A DNA stretch of 64,000 nt from Alistipes sp. (GTDB lineage: Bacteria; Bacteroidota; Bacteroidia; Bacteroidales; Rikenellaceae): positions 9,851 to 73,850 of the forward strand of contig JAFTWZ010000039.1 of NCBI GenBank assembly GCA_017465055.1, read 5' to 3'. Shown here in pieces: positions 10,538 to 18,830 of the stretch. The translations under genes were made by a program, and so were the position numbers. The notes beneath the pieces were generated by a model. That model ran no database searches. It was not told where the DNA came from and saw only the letters and a list, made by a program, of their open reading frames with translations. How positions within the stretch are numbered: position 1 is the first letter of the stretch; each line of letters starts with the position of its first letter.

Positions 10538-11411
10538 ACGTCTGCATCGTTAGTGGATTAAACAGGTGATTCACAGGGCCGAAGCCACGGCCTATCGCTA
10601 TATCGGCGCCAGCAGCAATCGCAGCGCCTATATACTCCTTCGCCGCGCCTACAGCCTCCTCGAGACTAAGGCCACGAGCTACGTATGCAGCAATGGCCGA
10701 CGAGAGTGTGCACCCCGTGCCGTGAATATTGCGCGTAGAGATGGTTCGATGCGAGAAATAGCTCTCCAAGATACCCTCTGCAGTGTTGCGATATAGGATA
10801 TCGGTCTTCGCATCGCCCTGCTCGTGACCACCTTTAAGCAGCACGGCTCGAGCACCGAGGTCTATAAGATAGTGGGCCGCAGCGCGCTTCTGCTCGGCAG
10901 TGGATAGCGGCATAGAGGTAAGAGCCTCCATCTCGGGGATATTGGGCGTTACGAGACAAGACATAGGCAACAATCGCCGCTTAAGCACCTTCTGCGCCTC
11001 GACCGAGAGCAGCCTATGTCCGCTACTTGAGACCATAACAGGGTCGAGGACTATGGGGATAGAGTATCGCGCAAGAGTGTCGGCAACAGCAGTAGCAACC
11101 TCTACATTCGCGAGCATACCAATCTTTACCACTCGTGGAGCGATATCCTCCATAACGGCGATGATTTGGCTCTGCACCATCTCGGCAGGTAGGGGCATCT
11201 GCGAATAGACACCCTCGGTATTTTGTGCCGTGATGGCCGTGATGGCCGTAGCGCCATAGACACCAAGAGCAGAGAAGGTCTTCAGGTCGGCCTGCACCCC
11301 TGCACCTCCCGAGGAGTCCGAGCCTGCAATAGATAGCGCCACACAGTAGCGCCTTTGCGATTTACAACGGGGATAGTCGCACCCCTCGACGTCGTTTACT
11401 TTTAGTTCCAT
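10518..11411 (-). CDS. thiD: HMP/HMP-P kinase
   Basis: SIAGSDSSGGAGVQADLKT, KIGML, DPVMVSSSG, TPNIPE, KGGH, HGTGCTLSSA. Start codon approximate. Confidence 0.95.
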   Translation of the reverse strand: MELKVNDVEGCDYPRCKSQRRYCVALSIAGSDSSGGAGVQADLKTFSALGVYGATAITAITAQNTEGVYSQMPLPAEMVQSQIIAVMEDIAPRVVKIGMLANVEVATAVADTLARYSIPIVLDPVMVSSSGHRLLSVEAQKVLKRRLLPMSCLVTPNIPEMEALTSMPLSTAEQKRAAAHYLIDLGARAVLLKGGHEQGDAKTDILYRNTAEGILESYFSHRTISTRNIHGTGCTLSSAIAAYVARGLSLEEAVGAAKEYIGAAIAAGADIAIGRGFGPVNHLFNPLTMQTYEEPKL

Positions 11412-11450
11412 ACTCTCTTCGGTTAAAAGTTCGACAACGGGGTGCCCGAA

Positions 11451-11489
11451 AACAAGAAAACGCATACCCTGCAATATGGGGTATGCGTT
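11451..11489 (-). terminator. Riboswitch expression-platform terminator
   Basis: 11-bp stem AACGCATACCC/GGGTATGCGTT followed on the minus strand by TTCTTGTTTT. Confidence 0.8.
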
Positions 11490-11500
11490 ATGATATTATC

Positions 11501-11574
11501 CACAATTCCTACGGCAGTACTAACTGCATCAGGTTCGAGGGTATAATCTCAGCCAATCAAGGCACCCCTTTGTC
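11501..11574 (-). ncRNA. TPP riboswitch aptamer
   Basis: Minus strand GACAAAGGGGTGCC..GGCTGAGATTATACCC..GAACCTGATGCAGTTAGTACTGCCGTAGGAATTGT matches the THI-box consensus, upstream of thiD. Confidence 0.96.
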
Positions 11575-11579
11575 TTATG

Positions 11580-11611
11580 CAAAGATAGGTTAAATTTTCC
11601 GAAACGCCAAA
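11580..11611 (-). promoter_or_regulatory. thi operon promoter (-33/-7)
   Basis: TTTG-N20-TATCTTTG immediately 5' of the aptamer. Confidence 0.8.
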
Positions 11612-11671
11612 TATATTCTCGCAAAACTATCCATAATGGTATGTAATGTCGTTATAATGAGGATTTGTTTC

Positions 11672-12034
11672 GGCTCAGTCTGAAATTCTGGTGGAGTAAT
11701 AAATGATATCAATACGTCATCGCGAAGAATTGCATCTACGAGCGGTAGTGATACCCACGTGGGTCTATGCAATTCTGTGGCGATCTTCATTTGTTTATAC
11801 TTCCGCACTGATACGTAAGAGTTGTAATCACAATTCGCACGGCACACACGACTATCAATCACACTCCGCACGGCCCTAGAAACAGCGGAAGACCCCCACG
11901 TCGGAGCATAGTTGCGTTATCACTCTCCGCACACTCATACTTGCTCCTCCTCGGGGTGACGATATTTATATTTCGTTTAGCTACTATTTTTGCACGATTT
12001 TTTTTCAATCCCCACCGGAATTTACGACTGAGCC
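11672..12034. mobile_element. MITE copy 1 (363 bp, non-autonomous, ISL3-like ends)
   Basis: TIRs GGCTCAGTCTGAAATTCTGGTGG / CCACCGGAATTTACGACTGAGCC. Flanks TTTGTTTC / TTTGTTTT (7/8 TSD). About 91% identical by hand alignment to the reverse complement of 26281-26642. Confidence 0.9.
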
Positions 12035-12163
12035 TTTGTTTTTCTCGGTTTTGCAGAGATTCTCTAACTTTGGCAACAATATTATGCCCCTTTTACAATA
12101 ATCTTCGACACTCCACACCGCCTCGAGGGGTGAAAGTTGCAGACTTTATATTATCTTTGCCGT

Positions 12164-12715
12164 ATGAAAGAGACAAATGTTGTAGTGCGCCAGGCAAGGC
12201 GCGAAGATGCAGAGCTTATAGCCACGGCGGTATGTATGGCCGTAGGCTACGACACGTCACACCCCATATACTCCGTATTTCTCACCCTCGCCGCGCGCGA
12301 GGTGTCGCAGTATAGCTATCGCAACGCACTTATAGGCGAGATAGGCGGCAGAGCTGCAGGCGCTATCGTCAGCTACGATGGTGCTCGGCTTGCTGAGCTA
12401 AGAGAGCCTATATATCCACTCCTCGAGGAGCACCTCGGCAGCATCCCCGAAATCGAGGATGAGACCGACGACAGCGAGTACTACTTAGACTCAGTAGGTG
12501 TGCTTAGCCAGTTTCGCGGTCGCGGCGTAGGTGCGGCACTACTCTCTGCCGCAACAGACAAGGCCTTTGGCGAAGGCTATGAGCGTGTGGGCCTTATTGT
12601 CGACTACAACAATCCGGCGGCGGAGCGTCTATACGCCTCGCTGGGCTTCGAGCGCGTAGGCACACGCCTATTTCTCGGGCACAAGATGTGGCACTTGCAA
12701 CGTACCAAACAATAA
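12164..12715 (+). CDS. GNAT family N-acetyltransferase
   Basis: YYLDSVGV..QFRGRGVG..LL, N..A.RLY.SLGF. Confidence 0.9.
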   Translation: MKETNVVVRQARREDAELIATAVCMAVGYDTSHPIYSVFLTLAAREVSQYSYRNALIGEIGGRAAGAIVSYDGARLAELREPIYPLLEEHLGSIPEIEDETDDSEYYLDSVGVLSQFRGRGVGAALLSAATDKAFGEGYERVGLIVDYNNPAAERLYASLGFERVGTRLFLGHKMWHLQRTKQ

Positions 12716-12721
12716 AAACAT

Positions 12722-13024
12722 ATGAAACGTATAAAGATTACCGTAATGCGCATAACGGAGTACCACGACCTTATGGCCCAGTACGAAAATCCCATAGAGC
12801 ACGCCTGCAATATGCGCCTCGGCCAGAGCTTCATTGTCGAGGAGTGTACCAAGCCCGAGGGGATGTGCGACAGCGCGTGGGAGACGCTCCTCCCCTTTGT
12901 CAGTGAGCTGGCTGGTGGCGGCGGTAACTTCTTCGATGGCTGGATGCGCAATCCTCACTCTGCGATGCTATCGTGCAACGACGGCTTCCGACCGGTAAGT
13001 TTCTACGTGGAGGTTATCGAGTAG
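12722..13024 (+). CDS. TIGR04076 family protein
   Basis: KITV.R, KPEG.C..AW, SCNDGFRPVSF. Confidence 0.8.
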   Translation: MKRIKITVMRITEYHDLMAQYENPIEHACNMRLGQSFIVEECTKPEGMCDSAWETLLPFVSELAGGGGNFFDGWMRNPHSAMLSCNDGFRPVSFYVEVIE

Positions 13025-13031
13025 TTTGGTT

Positions 13032-13346
13032 ATGAATGACAACGATTTACGCCGCAAAATCATAGAGCACAAGGCTCTTAGCTCGTTTCAAAGGCGCGTA
13101 TATCTTGCTCTTATCGATATTCCGCGCGGTGAGACCATCACCTATGGCGAGCTGGCACGGCGCATAGGGTGTCGCAGTGCTCAGGCAGTTGGTCAGGCGC
13201 TTAAGCGTAACCCCTTCGCACCTGAGGTTCCTTGCCACCGTGTAGTATCGGCAGATGGCTCGCTTGGTGGCTACAACGGCCAGCGCGAGGGCGCGGAGTT
13301 GGAGCGCAAGCGCTGTCTTCTGGAGGCCGAGAAGAGCAGCAAATAG
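13032..13346 (+). CDS. Methylated-DNA-protein cysteine methyltransferase (MGMT C-terminal domain only)
   Basis: FQ.RVY.AL..IP.G...TYGELA, AVGQAL..NP, PCHRVV, LGGY. Confidence 0.9.
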   Translation: MNDNDLRRKIIEHKALSSFQRRVYLALIDIPRGETITYGELARRIGCRSAQAVGQALKRNPFAPEVPCHRVVSADGSLGGYNGQREGAELERKRCLLEAEKSSK

Positions 13347-13551
13347 TACTATAGAGCTATCCCACTCTCCCACGGTTTGAAATAAGTATTTCTACCTATT
13401 TTATAATTGGCAGTAGCCATATTTGTCGAGAATAGGGGGCATAATCAAAAAAAAAGTGTACTTTTGCGAGGATATAGTGCGCGCGTGGTAACTCTCACAG
13501 TGCGTTACTGGGCAAACAGAAGAGTGAAAAATTAACCAAAATTTAGCAATA

Positions 13552-14820
13552 ATGGTAGATATTTTTGATCGTTTATCGAAGAATGCCGGAGGCCCTATTG
13601 GTCAGTATATGTCGGCAGTTCACGGCTATTTCGCATTCCCTAAGCTCGAGGGCGAGTTAGGACCACATATGATGTTCCGCGGTAAGCCAGTGCTCAATTG
13701 GAGCTTGAACAACTATCTCGGTCTTGCCAACCACCCCGAGGTGCGCGAGGCTGACGCTCAGGGCGGCAAGGACTTTGGTATGGCATACCCTATGGGTGCT
13801 CGTATGATGTCTGGTCAGACTAAGTACCACGAGCAGCTCGAGCGCGAGCTTGCTGAGTTCGTAGGCAAGGAGGATGCCTTCCTGCTCAACTACGGCTACC
13901 AGGGTATGATCTCTATCATCGACTGTCTGCTCACACCACGCGACGTTGTCGTCTACGACAAGGAGTGCCACGCCTGCATCATCGATGGTCTGCGTATGCA
14001 CCCAGGTAAGCGTTTCGTATATGCCCACAACGACGAGGAGTCGTTGCGTCTGCAGCTTAAGCACGCTACAGAGCTTGCTGAGGAGCAGAAGGGTGGCGTA
14101 TTGGTAATCACCGAGGGTGTATTCGGTATGAAGGGCGACCTCGGCTTCCTCGACGTTATCGTTAAGTGCAAGAAGGACTTCAGCTTCCGTCTTCTCGTAG
14201 ACGATGCTCACGGCTTCGGTACTATGGGTAAGGGCGGTCGCGGTACTGGTGACCACTTCGGCGTGCAGGACGAGATTGACGTCTTGTTCAACACCTTCGC
14301 TAAGTCTATGGCGGGCATCGGCGCATTCGTATCGGGTCCACGCTGGCTAATCAACCTCTTCCGCTACAATATGCGTTCGCAGCTCTACGCTAAGTCGTTG
14401 CCTATGCCTATGGTTATCGGCGCATTGAAGCGTCTTGACCTTATCCGCAAGCACCCTGAGTATCAGGAGAAGCTCTGGGAGATTACTCGCGCATTGCAGA
14501 AGGGTCTCACGGATAATGGCTTTAACATTGGCGTAACACAGTCGCCCGTAACACCTATCTATATGAAGGGTGGCAACGAGGAGGGTACCAACCTCATCGT
14601 CGACCTTCGCGAGAACTACGGTCTGTTCTGCTCTATCGTTATCTACCCAGTGATTCCTAAGGGCGAGATTATCCTTCGCGTTATCCCTACCGCAGCACAC
14701 ACTATGGAGGATGTGGAGTACACAATCAACACCTTCAAGGCCGTACGTGCTAAGTTCGAGGCTGGCGAGTATATCAAACCTATCCCACAGATGGCCGATC
14801 CCGACTTCAAGGTACGATAG
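13552..14820 (+). CDS. sulA: PLP alpha-oxoamine synthase, probable cysteate acyl-ACP transferase (sulfonolipid synthesis)
   Basis: SLNNYLGL, HACIIDG, EGVFGM.GD, VDDAHGFG, TFAKSM. N-terminal GYFAFPKLEG and SQLYAKSLP recall the Alistipes/Flavobacteria cysteate-using clade rather than Bacteroides SPT. Family is certain, substrate is inferred. Confidence 0.72.
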   Translation: MVDIFDRLSKNAGGPIGQYMSAVHGYFAFPKLEGELGPHMMFRGKPVLNWSLNNYLGLANHPEVREADAQGGKDFGMAYPMGARMMSGQTKYHEQLERELAEFVGKEDAFLLNYGYQGMISIIDCLLTPRDVVVYDKECHACIIDGLRMHPGKRFVYAHNDEESLRLQLKHATELAEEQKGGVLVITEGVFGMKGDLGFLDVIVKCKKDFSFRLLVDDAHGFGTMGKGGRGTGDHFGVQDEIDVLFNTFAKSMAGIGAFVSGPRWLINLFRYNMRSQLYAKSLPMPMVIGALKRLDLIRKHPEYQEKLWEITRALQKGLTDNGFNIGVTQSPVTPIYMKGGNEEGTNLIVDLRENYGLFCSIVIYPVIPKGEIILRVIPTAAHTMEDVEYTINTFKAVRAKFEAGEYIKPIPQMADPDFKVR

Positions 14821-14845
14821 TCGCGTAGCCATTTGATAAAACTTT

Positions 14846-14880
14846 AGACCCTGAGCATAACGCTATGCTCGGGGTCTTTT
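14846..14880 (+). terminator. Intrinsic terminator
   Basis: AGACCCTGAGCATA/TATGCTCGGGGTCT stem plus T tract. Confidence 0.85.
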
Positions 14881-14979
14881 ATATTTCTCATAGTTCTGGC
14901 GCGGTATTTGTCATCTGTGACGTCGAAAAGCGGAGGTTCTTGTGGCCTCTAAGTGTAAAACAAATTAACGTATTGGATT

Positions 14980-16173
14980 ATGAGAAAACTTCTACTCTGT
15001 ATGGTTTTAGTGGCTGCGGCAAGCGTGGCTACAGCCCAGCGCGATGGCGATAGCCTGCACTGGCAGGGCTTCGAGACCAACCGCTTCTGGGATAACTGGG
15101 AGATATCCGCAGGTGGCGGTAACACCTTCCTTCAGGTTTCGCAAAAGTGGGGTTCTGACCCTGGTAAGTTTATCGACCGCAACGGCTGGAATGCCAACAT
15201 AGGCTTCACCAAGTGGATAGTTCCAGTGGTGGGTATGCGTCTGCAGCTCGACGCTGGAGAGTTCCGCAACTACTCATTCGACCAGCCTCGCTACGGTAGC
15301 GGAGCGTTTAGGACTCCCTATATGTTCGTCCACGGCGACATCTTGGTGAATATGTCGAACTGGATAGGTGGCTACAAGCCAGATAGGTTCTACACCGCCA
15401 TCACCTACGCCGGTTTTGGATATACGGCAATGTCGTGGACCAAGAAGTCGGCCGGGTCGTACAATGGCGAGTACGCCTTCTCGTCGGGTATGATTAACAA
15501 GTTCCGCCTAAGCCCACAATGGGACTTAGAGCTTGACCTGCGCTCGTGGCTCTTCGCCGAGAAGTCGCTACCTAAGCAGATACAGAGTGGCGGCCGCTAC
15601 ACCTTTGCCACCTCGATATCTATCGGCGTAGCCTATCGCTTCAAGCAGCGCGGCTGGAGTCCAGCATACTCGCAGCTCGACGTCGACGGCTACATCGCCG
15701 CTATCGTGGGCCTCGAGGAGCGCCTTATCGCGGGCAATGAGCAACTAAGCACAGCAAACAAAGAGATAGCCACGCTACGTGGCGAGAACGAGAGCCTCGC
15801 TGCCGACCTCGAGAGGGTCAAAAAGAGCAAGGCATCTCAGGAGGTAATCGCCGTAGTGCCCGAGTGCGTCGCCTTCTTCGCCATTGGCGAGGCTACGATT
15901 ACGGACTATGGCCGCGCCACGCTCGAGACCTATGTCGAGCAGGTGAGAGATACAAAGGGGGCTATCACCGTCGTAGGCTATGCCGACAAGGAGACGGGTA
16001 GCAAGCAGCGCAACGAGCAGCTCTCTAAGGAGCGTGCTGAGAGTGTTGCAGCGTGGCTAATGTCGGCAGGCATCGACAAGGGACGCATCACGACTAAGTG
16101 GGTTGGCGACACCGAGGCGGCCTTCACCTCGCCCGACACGCCGATAGTTAATAGATGTGTAATTGTCAAGTAG
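14980..16173 (+). CDS. OmpA family protein
   Basis: Signal peptide, TNRFWDNW barrel start, coiled coil, VGYADKETGS..RN..LS..RA and NRCV. Confidence 0.92.
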   Translation: MRKLLLCMVLVAAASVATAQRDGDSLHWQGFETNRFWDNWEISAGGGNTFLQVSQKWGSDPGKFIDRNGWNANIGFTKWIVPVVGMRLQLDAGEFRNYSFDQPRYGSGAFRTPYMFVHGDILVNMSNWIGGYKPDRFYTAITYAGFGYTAMSWTKKSAGSYNGEYAFSSGMINKFRLSPQWDLELDLRSWLFAEKSLPKQIQSGGRYTFATSISIGVAYRFKQRGWSPAYSQLDVDGYIAAIVGLEERLIAGNEQLSTANKEIATLRGENESLAADLERVKKSKASQEVIAVVPECVAFFAIGEATITDYGRATLETYVEQVRDTKGAITVVGYADKETGSKQRNEQLSKERAESVAAWLMSAGIDKGRITTKWVGDTEAAFTSPDTPIVNRCVIVK

Positions 16174-16207
16174 TTGCCACAAGAACGGCGACCGAGATAT
16201 AAGAGTA

Positions 16208-16260
16208 ATGCTGACGAAAGGAGCGTTGTAAGACTCGCTCTTTTCGTCAGCATATTTTAT
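16208..16260. terminator. Terminator between convergent ompA-like and pstB
   Basis: ATGCTGACGAAAGGAGCG/CGCTCTTTTCGTCAGCAT stem. Confidence 0.8.
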
Positions 16261-16340
16261 GCGTCAATCCGCGACTATGTTTCGCAGGTTTTGAGCAGAT
16301 AACTTGTGGGATAGACTACCTCTATGCTACCGACACGCCA

Positions 16341-17108
16341 TTATCCCATCTTACCTGTAAGGTAGGCTTTGGTACGTTCGTCCGCAGGGTTTGTAAACAT
16401 CGTAGCGGTGTCGCCATACTCAACCAACTCGCCGAGGTACATAAACATCGACTTTGACGATATGCGCATTGCCTGTCCCATATTATGGGTAACGATAAGG
16501 ATTGTCACCTCCTTCTGAAGCTCCTGCATCAGCTCCTCGATATGTGCCGTAGCTATCGGGTCGAGGGCCGAGGTAGGCTCGTCCATCAGCAATATATCGG
16601 GTTTTAGAGCCAACGCACGGGCGATACACAGACGCTGCTGCTGACCACCCGAGAGGAACGTACCCTTCTTATTTAGCACATCCTTAACCTCGTCCCATAG
16701 TGCTACGCTCCTTAGGCAGCGTTCAACCGTCTCATCCTTCTCGGTCTTCGACAGGCGGATGCCATTTAGCGCATAGCCCGAAAGTACATTATCGTAGATG
16801 CTCATCGTGGGAAATGGCGCAGGACGCTGAAAGACCATACCCACACGACGGCGCACGTCGATAGGCTCCATCGAGAGGATGTTTTCGCCATTGAGCAGTA
16901 TCTGGCCATCGACACGGATATTGGGATAGAGGTTGTGCATCAGATTGACAGCACGCAACAACGTAGATTTGCCGCAGCCCGAAGGCCCCATTATGGCTGT
17001 TATTGTGTTTCGTTCGATGGCCGCCGATACATACTTTACCGCCATCGTCTGCTTGGTGTACGACACGCAAGTCTTATTAAACTCAAGTATAGGTGTTACT
17101 GATTCCAT
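16341..17108 (-). CDS. pstB: Phosphate ABC transporter ATPase
   Basis: GPSGCGKST, GMVFQRP.PFP.MSIYDNV, LSGGQQQRLCIARAL, DEPTSALDP. Confidence 0.96.
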   Translation of the reverse strand: MESVTPILEFNKTCVSYTKQTMAVKYVSAAIERNTITAIMGPSGCGKSTLLRAVNLMHNLYPNIRVDGQILLNGENILSMEPIDVRRRVGMVFQRPAPFPTMSIYDNVLSGYALNGIRLSKTEKDETVERCLRSVALWDEVKDVLNKKGTFLSGGQQQRLCIARALALKPDILLMDEPTSALDPIATAHIEELMQELQKEVTILIVTHNMGQAMRISSKSMFMYLGELVEYGDTATMFTNPADERTKAYLTGKMG

Positions 17109-17962
17109 CTCTTTGCAAGATATTTAGCTACAAGGTTCAAAGTGAGAACAAATAATAATAAGAAGAGTGATGCACCCCAAATCAGCTCCTGAAGGTTGGG
17201 GTCGTTGAAGAACTCCCATATAAGCAGAGGTACTGCCGATATAGGTTTGTCAATGGCAAAACGTATAAATGAGCAGCCGAGTGCGGTAAACATCAGTGGT
17301 GCGGTCTCGCCAATCACGCGCGAGATGGCCAGTAGAACACCCGTAAAGATACCTCCGAAGGCGGCAGGGAGCTGCACTTTAAGCATCACGCGAGCGCGGT
17401 TGCCACCGAGTGCCAAACCAGCCTCCTTGAGCGACGCAGGAAGAATCTTCAACGTCTCCTCCGTAGAACGTATGATAAGCGGAAGCATCATAATAAAGAG
17501 TGCCACGCTACCAGCAATCGCCGAGTAGCCCTTCATCGGCACAACTACCCAGATATATACCACTATACCGATAATCACCGATGGAGTTCCTTGCAACAGG
17601 TCGGTAAGATAGCTCACCGTCTGTGCGAATCTGTTTTTGGGATTTTCGGCCAGGTATGCACCGCAAAGGATGCCTATGGGCACAGCAAATATTACCGCCA
17701 TACCGAGCATTATCATAGTGCCGATAATACCATTTGCTATACCACCAGGGATGGGCTCGCCCGCCTCGATTGCCTGCATCGCCTTGTAGGCTGTTGGCGT
17801 AGGCTCGGTAAAGAATGACCACGAGAGTTGGTCGTAGCCACGCAGAAACACCTCGCCCAAGATGGCAAACAGAGGAACTGCCGTGAGGGCAGCTAAGAGG
17901 CACACAGCCCACCGTAACGCCCTATCCTTTGCTAAGCGATTTCTAATTTTCAACTTATCCAT
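17096..17962 (-). CDS. pstA: Phosphate ABC permease
   Basis: GGIANGI.GT, TPSVIIG, EAGLALG, R..GETAPL.FT. Confidence 0.94.
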   Translation of the reverse strand: MDKLKIRNRLAKDRALRWAVCLLAALTAVPLFAILGEVFLRGYDQLSWSFFTEPTPTAYKAMQAIEAGEPIPGGIANGIIGTMIMLGMAVIFAVPIGILCGAYLAENPKNRFAQTVSYLTDLLQGTPSVIIGIVVYIWVVVPMKGYSAIAGSVALFIMMLPLIIRSTEETLKILPASLKEAGLALGGNRARVMLKVQLPAAFGGIFTGVLLAISRVIGETAPLMFTALGCSFIRFAIDKPISAVPLLIWEFFNDPNLQELIWGASLFLLLFVLTLNLVAKYLAKRWNQ

Positions 17963-17964
17963 AG

Positions 17965-18822
17965 TTATGCTATTCTTGCGCGTTTAATCATCATTTTTCC
18001 TATCAAGTTGATAAATGCCGTAATGAGGAATAGTATCAGACCGATGGCTATTAGTGAAGAGAGGCGTAGATCATCCGCCTCGCCAAACTGATTGGCTATG
18101 ATTGATGCCATAGAGTTGCCCGTAGAGGTAATCGAGTCGGGGATGTTATTCGTATTGCCGATAAGCATCGTTACGGTCATCGTCTCGCCCAAAGCACGGC
18201 CAATGGCCAATATATACGACGAGAAGATACCCGAGCCTGCTACGGGGAATACCACTCGGCGAATAACCTCGGCACGCGTGGCACCAAGACTATATGCTCC
18301 CTCCTTTAGGTCGTTGGGCACCATCTTTATAAACTCGGCACTGAGCGAGGCGGCATAAGGTACAATCATAATCGCCAGCACCAACGAGGCGGTGAGTACG
18401 CCAGAGCCTTGTGGCGAGATATTGAGCGCCATAATTAGTGGGCGCAGGGTGTAGAAGCCCCACAGACCGTAGATAATCGATGGGATGCCCGCCAGCAGAT
18501 CGGTTACGGTGCTCAATATGGTAGCAATGCGTGTCCCTTTGAAGTACTCGCCAACGAATAGCGCAACGGGAAGCGAGAAGGGGATACAGAAGATAAGCGC
18601 AAGGAGCGTAGTCATCAGCGTACCTGTGATAAATGGCAAAGCGCCATACTGCTCTGCCCCCTCGGTATAGCTCCACTCCGACGAGGTCAGAAACTTAAAG
18701 AATCCAAAGTGCTCGAAAGCCTCGTATGCGTCAGTGACGAGGGCGTAAATCACGCCCCCGCACACTACGGGCATTACCAATGCTGCGACAAGCAATAGGA
18801 TTTTATATAACTTATCGTTCAT
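17965..18822 (-). CDS. pstC: Phosphate ABC permease
   Basis: YGALPFITGT, LLAGIPSIIYGLWG, GRALGETM.V.M.IGN, IANQFGEA. Confidence 0.95.
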   Translation of the reverse strand: MNDKLYKILLLVAALVMPVVCGGVIYALVTDAYEAFEHFGFFKFLTSSEWSYTEGAEQYGALPFITGTLMTTLLALIFCIPFSLPVALFVGEYFKGTRIATILSTVTDLLAGIPSIIYGLWGFYTLRPLIMALNISPQGSGVLTASLVLAIMIVPYAASLSAEFIKMVPNDLKEGAYSLGATRAEVIRRVVFPVAGSGIFSSYILAIGRALGETMTVTMLIGNTNNIPDSITSTGNSMASIIANQFGEADDLRLSSLIAIGLILFLITAFINLIGKMMIKRARIA

Positions 18823-18830
18823 AGCGTCTA

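Noticed and set aside
11590-11871. 93-aa ORF overlapping MITE copy 1
   Set aside because: The equivalent frame in copy 2 stops early (..HRPK*). No transposase motifs.
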